Shown here: positions 1 through 10,246 of the stretch, piece by piece
How the letters are laid out: every line of letters begins with the position of its first letter
Position numbering within the stretch: the first letter of the stretch is position 1
NCBI GenBank assembly: GCA_965214705.1
Contig: CBDCCI010000001.1
Coordinates: forward strand, 320,001 to 384,000
Direction of reading: 5' to 3'
Origin: Alphaproteobacteria bacterium
Lineage (GTDB): Bacteria > Pseudomonadota > Alphaproteobacteria > UBA828
DNA length: 64,000 bases
Program-made: the position numbers and the translations under genes
Notes under the pieces: model-generated
What the model saw: only the letters and a program-made list of their open reading frames with translations
Told to the model about the DNA's origin: nothing
Database searches by the model: none

Positions 1-884
1 CCCTCCTGCACGAGGCGCTCAGCGGCGCCGCGCGCCCGCGGGATGATGTCGTTGCGGTAGGCTTCGGCTTCGTTCTTGGCCCGCTCCTGGTCGGCGCGCG
101 CCGCCTGCACGTCACGGAAGGACGCGATCACAGCCTCCGGCGGCGCGATGTCCTGCGGCTCGATCTGAGTGATCTCGATGCCGGCGCCGTAATAGTCCAG
201 GACCTGCTGCGTGAGCTGGTGGGTCTGCTGTGCCAGCAGCAGGCGTTCCTCGGCGAGCGCCGACTGCAGGCGGGTCTTGCCGATCACCTCGCGCATCGCG
301 CTCTCGGCCGCGTCCTTCACCGTGCGCTCCGGCGCCTGGATGTTGAACAGGAACTGGCCGGCATCGCGGATGCGCCAGAAGGCGGTGAACTTCACGTCGA
401 TGATGTTCTCGTCGCCGGTCAGCATCAGGCTCTCGTCGGGCACCGGCCGCGTGAACGCCCCCCGTTGGGAATCGACCAGGGTCCGGTAGCCGATCTCGGC
501 CCGGTTGATCTTGGTCACCTTGGGCAGGATAACCGTCTCGAATGGCCACGGCAGGTGGTAGTTGAGGCCCGGCTGGGTGGTCTTGGTCCACTCGCCCCAG
601 CGCAGCACCACGCCCTGCTCGTCGGGCTCGACCCGGTAGAAACCGGTCAGCAGCCAGATGCCGATGGCGACGAGGAGCAGCAGGATGAGCCCGCGGCTAC
701 CGCGTAGCCCGGGCATCCACCTGCGGAAGCGATCCTGGCCGCGCCGCAACATCTCTTCGAGGTCGGGCGGAGGTGGTTGCCCACCACCACGCCGGCCGCC
801 GCCGCCCGGCGAGCGCCCCCACGGGCCGCTGTTGCCGCCGCCGCTTTGCCAGCCGCCCCCGCCACCTTGGCTAGACCAGGGCAT
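1..884 (-). CDS. hflK: FtsH protease modulator HflK (3' end runs off the window)
   Basis: Manual translation from ATG at 884: MPWSSQGGGGGWQSGGGNSGPWG...PPDLEEMLRRGQDRFRRW..., then SPFH motifs (FYRVEPDEQGVVLRWG, MLTGDENIIDV, AESAMREVIG). GGAGAAAGG RBS upstream. Absent from the ORF track because it is truncated. Confidence 0.92.
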   Translation of the reverse strand, partial: MPWSSQGGGGGWQSGGGNSGPWGRSPGGGGRRGGGQPPPPDLEEMLRRGQDRFRRWMPGLRGSRGLILLLLVAIGIWLLTGFYRVEPDEQGVVLRWGEWTKTTQPGLNYHLPWPFETVILPKVTKINRAEIGYRTLVDSQRGAFTRPVPDESLMLTGDENIIDVKFTAFWRIRDAGQFLFNIQAPERTVKDAAESAMREVIGKTRLQSALAEERLLLAQQTHQLTQQVLDYYGAGIEITQIEPQDIAPPEAVIASFRDVQAARADQERAKNEAEAYRNDIIPRARGAAERLVQE

Positions 885-1015
885 GGGTCAGCCTTTCTCC
901 CAAGGCTTTGCATGTCGTCATGGGCGCCTTATAAGTCATGCGGTTGCGGCACGCAACGACGCACACACATCCCTGCTGTCGCGTCTTGCCGTGACCCCCC
1001 GGTCGGAGTGGAACG

Positions 1016-2179
1016 ATGGCGTCGGTCACCAAGGATCAGGTTCTGGCGGCGCTCGCTGACGTCCTGGACCCGGACAGCGGACAGAGCGTGGTCGCGAGCG
1101 GCCTCATCAGCGGAGTCGTGGTGAAAGACGGCAACGTGGGCTTCGCGCTGGAGGTCGATCCGGACCAGGGCGCGGCGAAGGAGCCGCTGCGAAAGGCCTG
1201 CGAGACTGCGGTGGAGCGGCTCTCCGGCGTGCTTTCGGTGACGGCCGTGCTCACCGCCGAGCGGCCAGCAGGCGGCCAGGCGCAGGGACAGGGCCGCGGT
1301 CATTCGCATGGCCACGGCCACGGTCACGCCCACGGCGGGCAGGCCCAGGCGCGGGCGCCGCAGGCCGATCAGCTCCTGCCAGGGGTGAAGAGCGTCATCG
1401 CCATCGCATCCGGCAAGGGCGGCGTGGGCAAGTCGACGACTGCCGTCAACATCGCGACCGCGATGGCTGCCCAGAATGTCCGAGTCGGTCTGCTCGACTG
1501 CGACATCTACGGGCCTTCGATTCCGCGCATGCTCAACCTGAGTGGCCAGCCGGAGATGGTGGGCGAGCGCACGCTCCGCCCCATGGCGAACTACGGGATC
1601 AAGTGCATGTCCATCGGCTTTCTGGTGGCCGAGGATACCGCCATGATCTGGCGCGGGCCCATGGTGATGCAGGCGCTGGAGCAGATGATGCGGGACGTCG
1701 ATTGGGGCGAGCTCGACGTGCTGCTCTGCGACCTGCCGCCCGGCACCGGCGATGCGCAGCTCACCATGGCGCAGCGGGTGCCGCTCACCGGCGCGGTGAT
1801 CGTCTCCACGCCGCAGGATATCGCCCTGCTCGACGTGACGCGGGGCATCAACATGTTCCAGCAGGTCAACGTGCCGATCTTCGGGGTCGTCGAGAACATG
1901 AGCTATTACGTCTGCCCCGCGTGCGGCCACCGGGCCGAGCTGTTCCACCACGGCGGGGCGCGCGAGACCGCGCGCCGGCTCGGCGTGGACTTCCTGGGCG
2001 AGATACCGCTCGATATCTCGATCCGGACGACGTCCGATGCGGGCCGGCCGATCGTGGTCACCCAGCCCGAGAGCCCCCACGCCGAATCCTATCGGCAGAT
2101 CGCCGCTGGCCTGATCGACAAGGCCACCTCGGCGGTGAGCGGCGCCGGCCGCGCCCAGCCCCGCATCGTCATGATGTGA
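1016..2179 (+). CDS. apbC: Mrp/ApbC (NBP35 family) Fe-S cluster carrier ATPase
   Basis: GKGGVGKST P-loop, DIYGPS, WRGPMV, DLPPGTGD, ENMS..CPAC; N-terminal DUF59-like domain and a His-rich linker. Confidence 0.93.
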   Translation: MASVTKDQVLAALADVLDPDSGQSVVASGLISGVVVKDGNVGFALEVDPDQGAAKEPLRKACETAVERLSGVLSVTAVLTAERPAGGQAQGQGRGHSHGHGHGHAHGGQAQARAPQADQLLPGVKSVIAIASGKGGVGKSTTAVNIATAMAAQNVRVGLLDCDIYGPSIPRMLNLSGQPEMVGERTLRPMANYGIKCMSIGFLVAEDTAMIWRGPMVMQALEQMMRDVDWGELDVLLCDLPPGTGDAQLTMAQRVPLTGAVIVSTPQDIALLDVTRGINMFQQVNVPIFGVVENMSYYVCPACGHRAELFHHGGARETARRLGVDFLGEIPLDISIRTTSDAGRPIVVTQPESPHAESYRQIAAGLIDKATSAVSGAGRAQPRIVMM

Positions 2180-2191
2180 GCGCACCCGTCG

Positions 2192-2878
2192 ATGGCGAAC
2201 AGGCGGTCGGACGGCGTTCTCTCAAGACTAGCGGCCCTTTCGGGCCGCAGGCGCTGGATCGGCGCCGGCATTGTCGCCCTGCTCTTGGCAGCGCTGGTAG
2301 CGGCCGGGTGCACGCCCTCGGTTCCGGATCGTCAGCAGGACCTTTGCGCCGTCTTCCACCAGCATCCCGACTGGTACGACTACGCCAAGGAGGCGGAGGA
2401 CACGTGGGACGTGCCGGTTCACATTCTCATGGCCTTCGTGCATCACGAATCGAGCTACCGGAGCGATGCGCGGCCGCCACGCAAGTACGTCCTCTGGTTC
2501 ATCCCGTGGGGGCGCGTGTCGTCAGCCAAGGGGTACGCCCAGGCGCAGGACCCGGCCTGGGAGGACTACACGAACGAGCGCGGCTCCTTCTGGCGCAGCC
2601 GCTCTGACATGGAGGACGCCCTCGATTTCATCGGCTGGTACAACCACGGGACGTCGCGTCAGCTCGGCATCGCCAAGACCGACGCACGCAACCTCTATCT
2701 CGCTTATCACGAGGGACGCGGCGGCTACCGGCGCGGCACCTGGAAAGAGAAGCCCAAGTTGCAACAAATCGCGAAGCGGGTGGCCGAGACCGCCAGTCGC
2801 TACGAAGCGCAACTCAAGCGCTGCGAATCGGAATTCCGCTGCGATTCCTGGTGGGAGGTGTGGCCCCTCTGTAGCTAG
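2192..2878 (+). CDS. Putative lipoprotein with transglycosylase SLT-like domain
   Basis: Lipobox-like LVAAGC; HHESSY, SSAKGYAQA, DALDFIGWY, LYLAYHEG motifs. Confidence 0.75.
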   Translation: MANRRSDGVLSRLAALSGRRRWIGAGIVALLLAALVAAGCTPSVPDRQQDLCAVFHQHPDWYDYAKEAEDTWDVPVHILMAFVHHESSYRSDARPPRKYVLWFIPWGRVSSAKGYAQAQDPAWEDYTNERGSFWRSRSDMEDALDFIGWYNHGTSRQLGIAKTDARNLYLAYHEGRGGYRRGTWKEKPKLQQIAKRVAETASRYEAQLKRCESEFRCDSWWEVWPLCS

Positions 2879-3020
2879 GGCGTGTCCGTCTTTGACGGAC
2901 GCGCGACAGGCCGCGACTGCGGCCCGCCGCCCCTGCGGCGCCCTCGCGGAGGTGTCGGCCGTAGGCCGGCTGCCGTGAGCGATAAATAGGTAGAGCGTTT
3001 CCGTGCAAAGCGGAAACGCT

Positions 3021-4064
3021 CTAGGGCTCCCGCCCCAGCACCGCCATAAGCTCGCGCCACTCGCGCTTGGAGAGGCCGCTGTTCTCCTGATCAACCACCT
3101 CGCCCGCCAGCATGCGCTTGACCACGTCGAGCCCGCCTCTCGAGAGCGATGCGGCATCCATCCCATAGTCCCGAAAGGCCTCGTAGGTCGCCGGCACCCA
3201 GCGCGCGACGACCTTGTCGAGGATCACATCGGCATAGGCGCGGATCTCGTACTGGGCGTGGGCGTCGGCCCGCAGCGACAGGAAGTGCAGCAGGTTGTGC
3301 AAATCGATTTTCCAGTAGAACTGGGTGTAATAGTTGACCGGCAGCGCCGCCCGCGCGAGCTCGCGGGCGAGGCCGGCGCGGTCGGGGTCCTTCTTCTCGC
3401 CGTCCTCGTTCTCGTTGAGCAGGTTCTCGTAGACGCCGTAGGCACGGGTTGAGATCCAGTCGAGGCGCGAGAGCGCCTGGCGGGCCTCCGCGTCCGCCAG
3501 CGAATCGTCCCGGCCCTGCTTGTTGGCGGCGGACTGCGCGGCCAGCTCCTGACGAGTCTCCGCCGCCTCCCGCCACCCGAACAGGTCGTCCATGCCGCTG
3601 CTGCTGGCCCGCTGGCGGTCGATCTGCTCTTCCCGGACAGACTGGAGATGCGCTGGGTCGGGCACGTAGAATTCGCGGTCGAGCCTGGAGTAGCGCGCGG
3701 AATACTCGTTGACGCTGGCGGTGCGGTGGCGGAGCCACTGGCGGGCGACGAAGATTGGCGCCTTGATGTGCAGCTTGAGCTCGCACATCTCGAAGGGCGT
3801 CGTGTGACGATGGCGCAGGAGGTAGCGGATCAGCGCGCGGTCCTCCCGCACGCGCCGCGTGCCCGCGCCGTAGGAGACCCGCGCCGCCTGCACGATGGCG
3901 GCATCGTCCCCCATGTAGTCGATCACCCGGACGAAGCCGTGGTCGAGCACGTCGAAGCGCTCGTAGAGGATCGACTCCAGCGCCGGCACCGTGGCGCGCC
4001 TGGTCTTCTCCCAGGCGGCGCGCTGGGCCTCGATCTCCGCCCGCTTGTGGTCGTCGATCGGCAT
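3021..4064 (-). CDS. thyX: FAD-dependent thymidylate synthase
   Basis: [48 protein letters not shown]; start placed at ATG 4064 (MPIDDHK). Confidence 0.96.
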   Translation of the reverse strand: MPIDDHKRAEIEAQRAAWEKTRRATVPALESILYERFDVLDHGFVRVIDYMGDDAAIVQAARVSYGAGTRRVREDRALIRYLLRHRHTTPFEMCELKLHIKAPIFVARQWLRHRTASVNEYSARYSRLDREFYVPDPAHLQSVREEQIDRQRASSSGMDDLFGWREAAETRQELAAQSAANKQGRDDSLADAEARQALSRLDWISTRAYGVYENLLNENEDGEKKDPDRAGLARELARAALPVNYYTQFYWKIDLHNLLHFLSLRADAHAQYEIRAYADVILDKVVARWVPATYEAFRDYGMDAASLSRGGLDVVKRMLAGEVVDQENSGLSKREWRELMAVLGREP

Positions 4065-4189
4065 GGGCGAGGGACGTCTCCGGTGAGGTCGAACGGCAAT
4101 CCGCGTTGCGATCATACCGCGCTCCCACAACCGTGTGCACAGGTGCCGCGGCCACTTCCCATACGCGCTTCGAGCACCTATATTGTCGG

Positions 4190-4471
4190 GGTCGGCGGGA
4201 GACCGTCGACTATGGCGATAAACGCTGCTCGAAATAAGCGTTGCGGACCCGGGGGCAGTACCCGGCGCCTCCACCATCCCTTGAGCGGGCGGCTCAAGTT
4301 GCGGGGGCGAACCAGGATCGACGTGCGTGGTAAAGGTGTGGTTTTCGCCCGGCATGGTACCGCCGTTATCGGGCCAACTCAGAGGTGCGAACGACAATGA
4401 AGTCGCACTCGCTGCCTAGCATCGCTAGGTAAGCGCGGCTTGGGGGGCGCCGGGCAACAGAAGCCCCCCGC
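4190..4471 (+). ncRNA. ssrA: Circularly permuted two-piece tmRNA, tag [10 protein letters not shown]
   Basis: Acceptor piece ends ...GGGGCAGTACCCGGCGCCTCCACCA (4276). A short hairpin spacer follows, then the 5' end GGGGGCGAACCAGGATCGAC at 4303. Tag frame is 4387-4419, with a GGCAACAGAAGCC pseudoknot-like segment to about 4471. TATATT -10-like box at 4179. Outer boundaries are approximate. Confidence 0.93.
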
Positions 4472-4667
4472 TAACCCGGCGTTCCGGCCGGGACCATAAA
4501 TCACTGGGCACTCATACGAACGAGAAGCTTCGCGTGCGTTTCGCGCGACGCAGGCCGTGACCGTGGCGAGGCTTCCGGGCTAAGCTAACCGGTGGCGGCG
4601 AACCGGCGTGGTTTGGGGGCATCGGGCAACGGCAGCCCCGGTTGAGAGGGTGGACACGGACGCGGCA

Positions 4668-5297
4668 ATGAGCAAGGACCTCATCGGTTACAACACGCTG
4701 GTCGAGAACGGCCTGCGCTCGGTGGTTCGCGAGGCGCTCCGCCGCGTCGCAGAGGAGGGCTGGCCCGGCACCCACCACGCCTACATCACCTTCAAGACCG
4801 CAGCCCCCGGCGTCGAGGTGCCGGATTTCCTCCACACGCGCTACCCGGACGAGCTCACGATCGTGCTTCAGCACCAGTTCTGGGGCCTGGAGGTCGAGGA
4901 CGATTCCTTCTCCGTGACGCTGAGCTTCAACAAGGTGGGCCAGCGCATCGTCGTCCCCTTCGCGGCGCTCACCAGCTACGCCGACCCGTCGGTCAAATTC
5001 GGTTTGCAGTTTGGGGTCGCGCCAGAGGCGCGCGGAGAAATGACCGCGCCGGAGGCGCGCGGAGAAATGACCGCGCCGGAGGCGCGCGGAGAGATGTCCG
5101 CGCCCGAGGCGAGCGAAAAACCAGCGAAGCGGAAGGCGCGCGGAAAGAAGGCTGAGCCGGAAGCGCGCGCAACAGGGTCGGTGCCGGCAGCGGGTGGGGA
5201 AAAGGCCCCGCCAGAGGCGGAAGCGGAAGCGAATACGGACGCGCCGGGGTCGAACGGCGAGAAAGTCGTTGCGCTCGACCACTTCCGCAAGAAGTAG
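4668..5297 (+). CDS. sspB: ClpXP adaptor SspB (alphaproteobacterial type)
   Basis: HHAYITFKT, RYPDELTIVLQHQFW, YADPSVKFGLQF, C-terminal VVALDHFRKK ClpX-binding tail; directly downstream of ssrA. Confidence 0.93.
   Translation: MSKDLIGYNTLVENGLRSVVREALRRVAEEGWPGTHHAYITFKTAAPGVEVPDFLHTRYPDELTIVLQHQFWGLEVEDDSFSVTLSFNKVGQRIVVPFAALTSYADPSVKFGLQFGVAPEARGEMTAPEARGEMTAPEARGEMSAPEASEKPAKRKARGKKAEPEARATGSVPAAGGEKAPPEAEAEANTDAPGSNGEKVVALDHFRKK
5019..5111 (+). repeat. 27-bp in-frame tandem repeat, about 3.4 copies (APEARGEMT), in the SspB linker
   Basis: gcgccagaggcgcgcggagaaatgacc / gcgccggaggcgcgcggagaaatgacc / gcgccggaggcgcgcggagagatgtcc / gcgcccgaggcg. Confidence 0.95.
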
Positions 5298-6071
5298 CTA
5301 CTCCTCCCACTCCAGGTTGCCGCAGACCCCGATCAACTGCCCGGTGATGTTGCTCGCCGAATCCTGCGCCAGAAAGAACGCGGTGTCGGCGACCTCCTCG
5401 CTGGTGATCAGCGCGCGCGTGGAGATGAAGCTGACGTAGCGCTCGTGCGCTTCCTCGACCGTCTGCCCCCGCTCCTTGGCGAGGTGCGTGATCAGGCGCC
5501 GCCCGCGCGGGTTGTCGATGATGCCGGGCAGGATGGCATTGCAGCGGATGCCGGAAGGGCCGAGCTCGCGCGCGAGGTTCATGGTCATGCCGTCCACCGC
5601 GCACTTGGTGGTGATGTAGGAGGTCCTGAGCGGCATCCCCACGCGGGTGGAGGCGGTGGAGATATTGATAATCGCGCCCGAGCCCTGCGCCTTCATCACC
5701 GGCACTGCCCGCTTGATGCAGTGGAACATGCTGTTGAGGTTGACGTCGATCACGCGCTGCCACTCGTCGTCCTCGATCTCCTCCACCGGCGCGCGCGGGC
5801 CGCTGATGCCGGCGTTGTTCACCAGCACGTCGAGCCTACCGAGGGCCGCGAGCCCCTCCTCGAACCAGCGCGCGACCGCTTCCGCCGAGCCCACGTCGGC
5901 GATGCTGCCGGACATGCCGGGGTTGGCGCCGAGCACATCCTCCAGGCTCTCTTCGGTGAGGCAGCACATGTGAACGCGGGCGCCGGCGGCATGGAAGCGC
6001 TCGGCCACCGCGCGGCCGATGCTGCGGCCGGCACCGGTGACCATCACGGCCTGTGGGGTGTCGCTCGCCAT
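5298..6071 (-). CDS. SDR family oxidoreductase
   Basis: TGAGRSIG, NNAG, YITTK; start at ATG 6071. Confidence 0.9.
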   Translation of the reverse strand: MASDTPQAVMVTGAGRSIGRAVAERFHAAGARVHMCCLTEESLEDVLGANPGMSGSIADVGSAEAVARWFEEGLAALGRLDVLVNNAGISGPRAPVEEIEDDEWQRVIDVNLNSMFHCIKRAVPVMKAQGSGAIINISTASTRVGMPLRTSYITTKCAVDGMTMNLARELGPSGIRCNAILPGIIDNPRGRRLITHLAKERGQTVEEAHERYVSFISTRALITSEEVADTAFFLAQDSASNITGQLIGVCGNLEWEE

Positions 6072-6294
6072 GGCAGGCTCCTGGGCTCGCGGGGATGACA
6101 GCGCGAGGATAGGGTGGCGGCGGGCACGCGCCAAACTCTCCGCGCCGTTGCCCTTGGGCACTTTGTGCGTCAACGGGGCTCACGTGGGCGTGACCCCGGA
6201 CGGCGGCCGATTGCACTGCGAGCCCCGCACCACTACGTCATCATTGTCCCGCTGCGGCCTCTTGCCTGCGGCGGTCAACGCGAAGGGCTTCCCG

Positions 6295-7767
6295 ATGGAC
6301 GAATCCCGGCACATGACGCCAGACGAGTTCCGCCGGTGCGGAGCCGCACTCATCGAGCGCATCGCCCGCTACATGGAGGAGGTGGAGCAGTACCCCGTGC
6401 TCTCGCAGGCGGAGCCGGGATCGGTCCGCGCGCGCCTGCCAAGTGCCGCGCCCGAACAGGGCGAGCCTTTCGCCGACCTGCTGCGCGACATCGACGAGAT
6501 CGTCCTTCCCGGTCTCACCCACTGGCAGTCGCCCAACTTCTACGCCTACTTCCCGGCGAACGCCTCGGGCCCGTCGATCCTCGGCGATCTGCTCTCTTCC
6601 GGGTTCGGAGTGCAGGGCATGCTCTGGGCCACGAGCCCGGCGTGCACCGAGCTCGAGACCCATGTGCTCGACTGGCTGGTCGATCTGCTCGGGCTGCCGG
6701 AGGGATTCAAGTCGAGCGCGGCCGGCGGCGGCGTGATCCAGGACAGCGCCTCGAGCAGCACGCTCACCGCGCTTATCGCCGCGCGCGAACGGGCGAGCGC
6801 CGGCACGGTCAACCGGCATGGCGCGGGCCGCGGCCCGGACGGCGCGGAGGGGCCGCGGCTCACCGTCTACACCTCCCGGCACGCGCACTCATCCATCGAG
6901 AAAGGGGTGAAGATTGCGGGCCTGGGGCGGGAGAACCTGCGGCTCATCAATGCTGACGAGCGCCATGCGATGCAGGTCGACGCGCTGGAGGCCGCAATTG
7001 CCACGCACCGCGCAGCCGGGGCCGTGCCTGCGATGGTGTGTGCGACCGTGGGCACGACCTCCTCCGGCGCGGTGGACCCGCTCCGCGCCATCGGCGCGCT
7101 CTGTCGGCGGGAGGGCATCTGGCTCCATGTCGATGCCGCGCACGCCGGCAGCGCCACCATCTGCCCCGAGCACCGGGGCCTGATCGACGGGCTGGAGCAC
7201 GCCGACAGCTACACCTTCAACCCGCACAAGTGGCTGCTCACCAACTTCGACTGCAGCTGCTTCTGGGTCGCCGACCGCGCCGCGCTGATCGAGGCGCTGA
7301 GCGTGCTGCCGGAATACCTGCGCAACCGCGCGACCGAATCGGGCGCGGTGATCGACTACCGCGACTGGCAAATCCCGCTCGGCCGGCGCTTCCGTGCGCT
7401 CAAGCTCTGGTTCGTGATCCGCCACTACGGCGCTGAGGGCCTGCGCGCCCACGTGCGGAACTGCGTCGCGTTGGCCGACTGGTTCGCCGCGCAGGTGGAG
7501 GCGCACGCCGAGTTCGAGCTGGCGGCACCGGTCTCGGCCGGACTGGTCTGCTTTCGCCACCGCGCGGGCGATGCGCTCAACGAGGCCCTGATGAACCGGC
7601 TCAACGAATCCGGCGCGCTCTACCTCACCCACACCTGGCTCGACGACCGGCTCGTGCTGCGCCTTGCGGTGGGCGGGACAGCGACCCGCCGCGCGCATGT
7701 CGAGAAGGCCTGGGCGCGGATCGTCGAGACCGCCGGCGCGCTTTCCGCCGAGGAGTTTGCCGCCTGA
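6295..7767 (+). CDS. Aromatic L-amino acid decarboxylase (PLP-dependent, group II)
   Basis: THWQSPNFYAYFPAN, SPACTELE, HVDAA, FNPHKW (PLP lysine), DYRDWQIPLGRRFRALKLW. Confidence 0.92.
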   Translation: MDESRHMTPDEFRRCGAALIERIARYMEEVEQYPVLSQAEPGSVRARLPSAAPEQGEPFADLLRDIDEIVLPGLTHWQSPNFYAYFPANASGPSILGDLLSSGFGVQGMLWATSPACTELETHVLDWLVDLLGLPEGFKSSAAGGGVIQDSASSSTLTALIAARERASAGTVNRHGAGRGPDGAEGPRLTVYTSRHAHSSIEKGVKIAGLGRENLRLINADERHAMQVDALEAAIATHRAAGAVPAMVCATVGTTSSGAVDPLRAIGALCRREGIWLHVDAAHAGSATICPEHRGLIDGLEHADSYTFNPHKWLLTNFDCSCFWVADRAALIEALSVLPEYLRNRATESGAVIDYRDWQIPLGRRFRALKLWFVIRHYGAEGLRAHVRNCVALADWFAAQVEAHAEFELAAPVSAGLVCFRHRAGDALNEALMNRLNESGALYLTHTWLDDRLVLRLAVGGTATRRAHVEKAWARIVETAGALSAEEFAA

Positions 7768-7837
7768 GCGATTCGAAGGCGGGCGCCGCAGACCGCCGGC
7801 GTGGTAAAGGAGGCCCGCAACCGGAAAGGGCACGGCC

Positions 7838-9244
7838 ATCACCGACACATCGGCGGAGACCCGGCGCGAGACGGACTCGATCGGCGCGATCGACGTGCCG
7901 GCCGACGCCTACTGGGGCGCTCAGACCCAGCGCAGCCTGCAGAACTTCAGGATCGGCGGCGAGCGCATGCCGGCGCCGCTGATCCGCGCGCTCGGCATCG
8001 TCAAGCAGGCGGCGGCGCGGGTGAACGTCGAGGCCGGCCTGATCGATGCCGACCTGGGTGCTGCGATCGGCGAGGCGGCCGGAGAGGTGATCGCGGGCTC
8101 GCTCGACGCTCACTTCCCGCTGGTGGTCTGGCAGACCGGCTCGGGTACCCAGAGCAACATGAACGCCAACGAGGTGATCGCCAACCGGGCCTGCGAGATG
8201 CTCGGCCAGCCCATGGGCCAGAAGACGCCGGTGCACCCCAACGATCACGTCAACCGCAGCCAGTCCTCCAACGACACCTTCCCGACCGCGATGCACATCG
8301 CCGCCGTGGAGCAGTGCCATCACCTGCTGCTGCCGGCGCTGGAGCATCTGCACCAAGCGCTCGCGGCGAAGTCGGAGACCTTCGCCGAGATCGTGAAGAT
8401 CGGCCGGACCCACCTGCAGGACGCGACGCCGCTCACCCTCGGCCAGGAGTTCTCCGGCTACGCGACGCAGGTGGAGTATGGGATCGAGCGCGTGAAGGCG
8501 GCGCTGCCCAGGCTTTGCGCGCTGGCCCAGGGCGGCACCGCCGTCGGCACCGGGCTCAACACCAAGGCGGGCTTCGATGCGCGCTTCGCGGCCGAGGTCG
8601 CGGCGCTCACCGGGCTCCCGTTCCGCACCGCCGAGAACAAGTTCGAGGCCATCGCCGCCAACGACGCGGTGGTCGAGATGTCGGGCGCGCTCAACACCGT
8701 GGCCGCGAGCCTGATGAAGATCGCGAACGACATCCGGCTGCTGGCGTCGGGCCCGCGCTGCGGCCTGGGCGAGCTCGAGCTGCCGGCCAACGAGCCCGGC
8801 TCCTCGATCATGCCGGGCAAGGTGAACCCGACCCAGGCGGAGGCGCTCACCATGGTGGCGGCCCAGGTGATGGGCAATCACGTCGCCATATCGGTGGGCG
8901 GCGCCAGCGGGCACTTCGAGCTCAACGTGTTCAAGCCCGTGATGATCTACAACCTGCTGCAGTCGATCCGGCTGATCGGCGACGGTGCGCGCAGCTTCAC
9001 CGACAACTGCGTGGCGGGCATCGAGCCCAACCGCGCGCGCATCGACCGGCTGCTGCACGAATCGCTCATGCTGGTGACCGCGCTCAACCCCCACATCGGC
9101 TACGACAACGCCGCCAAGGTGGCGAAGAAGGCCCATGCCGAGGGTACGACGCTGAAGGAGGCCGCGCTTGCGCTTGGCGTGGTGAACGAGGCCGACTTCG
9201 AGCGCTGGGTCGACCCCACCAAGATGACCGGGCCGACACCGTAG
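7838..9244 (+). CDS. fumC: Fumarate hydratase class II (start codon uncertain, apparently ATC)
   Basis: [11 protein letters not shown] signature and [11 protein letters not shown]; the conserved RRETDSIG N-terminal motif lies in frame upstream of the GTG at 7895. Confidence 0.95.
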   Translation: MTDTSAETRRETDSIGAIDVPADAYWGAQTQRSLQNFRIGGERMPAPLIRALGIVKQAAARVNVEAGLIDADLGAAIGEAAGEVIAGSLDAHFPLVVWQTGSGTQSNMNANEVIANRACEMLGQPMGQKTPVHPNDHVNRSQSSNDTFPTAMHIAAVEQCHHLLLPALEHLHQALAAKSETFAEIVKIGRTHLQDATPLTLGQEFSGYATQVEYGIERVKAALPRLCALAQGGTAVGTGLNTKAGFDARFAAEVAALTGLPFRTAENKFEAIAANDAVVEMSGALNTVAASLMKIANDIRLLASGPRCGLGELELPANEPGSSIMPGKVNPTQAEALTMVAAQVMGNHVAISVGGASGHFELNVFKPVMIYNLLQSIRLIGDGARSFTDNCVAGIEPNRARIDRLLHESLMLVTALNPHIGYDNAAKVAKKAHAEGTTLKEAALALGVVNEADFERWVDPTKMTGPTP

Positions 9245-9271
9245 AGCGCGTCCGTCAGAGACGGACTCGCA

Positions 9272-10174
9272 CTAATCCGGCACGATCATGGTGCCGGTGC
9301 CGTGCTCGGTGAAGAGTTCCAGCAGGATCACGTGCGGCACGCGGCCGTCCAGAATGTGGGCGGCGCCGGTCGAGCGCTTGATCGCCGTGAGACAGGTTTC
9401 GAGCTTCGGGATCATGCCGCCGCTGACCGCGCCGCCAGTGAGCATCTTCTGCGCCTCGCCGGTGGTCATCTGGCTGATGAGCGCGCCGTCGCCGTCGAGC
9501 ACGCCGGGAACGTCGGTGAGCAGCAGCAGCTTGATGGCGGAGAGCGCGGAGGCAATGGCGCCGGCTGCGGTATCGGCATTGATGTTGTAGGTCTCGCCGC
9601 CGGCGCCCACGCCGATCGGCGCGATGACCGGGATGATGTCGGACCCGCCCAGATGGTCGAGCAACTCGACGTTGATGCGTTCTGGCTCGCCGACGAAGCC
9701 GAGGTCCACCACGCGCTCGGCGCCGGTCTCGGCATCCCGCTTGCGCCGCTTGAGCGCCGTCGCCTCGATGAGCCGGCCGTCCTTGCCGCTGAGGCCGATC
9801 GCGGTGCCGCCCTCCGCGTTGATCGTGGTGACGATCTGCTTGTTGATGGAGCCGGCGAGCACCATCTCGACGACCTCGATCGCCGCCGCGTCCGTAACGC
9901 GCAGACCGTCGACGAAGTCGCTCTCGATCCCCAGGCGGGCGAGCATCTTGGCGATCTGCGGACCGCCGCCGTGGACCACCACCGGGTTGATGCCGACCTG
10001 CTTCAGCAGTACGACGTCACGCGCAAAGCTCTGGGCGAGCGCAGCATCGCCCATGGCGTGGCCGCCATACTTGATGACCACGCTCCGGCCCGCGAAGCGC
10101 CGCATGTAGGGCAGCGCCTCGGAGATCGTGGCCGCGGTGCGCAGCCAGTGTTTGGTGTCGCTGATGCGCTGCAT
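9272..10174 (-). CDS. argB: Acetylglutamate kinase
   Basis: [29 protein letters not shown]. Confidence 0.96.
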   Translation of the reverse strand: MQRISDTKHWLRTAATISEALPYMRRFAGRSVVIKYGGHAMGDAALAQSFARDVVLLKQVGINPVVVHGGGPQIAKMLARLGIESDFVDGLRVTDAAAIEVVEMVLAGSINKQIVTTINAEGGTAIGLSGKDGRLIEATALKRRKRDAETGAERVVDLGFVGEPERINVELLDHLGGSDIIPVIAPIGVGAGGETYNINADTAAGAIASALSAIKLLLLTDVPGVLDGDGALISQMTTGEAQKMLTGGAVSGGMIPKLETCLTAIKRSTGAAHILDGRVPHVILLELFTEHGTGTMIVPD

Positions 10175-10246
10175 GGGATGCCTGGTCGGTCGCAAGCGCC
10201 GGCGCTGTAGGCGGCGCCCGGCGGCCGCGGATCACTAAACTATTCT

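Noticed and set aside
1290-1340. His-rich linker in Mrp/ApbC
   Set aside because: Low-complexity His/Gly linkers are common at this position, and nothing else here suggests a special metal role.
4240-4276. tRNA-like T-arm and CCA end
   Set aside because: It is the acceptor piece of the permuted tmRNA, not a tRNA gene.
4065-4397. N-terminal extension of ThyX in the ORF track
   Set aside because: It overlaps the tmRNA gene; ThyX-like sequence starts near ATG 4064.
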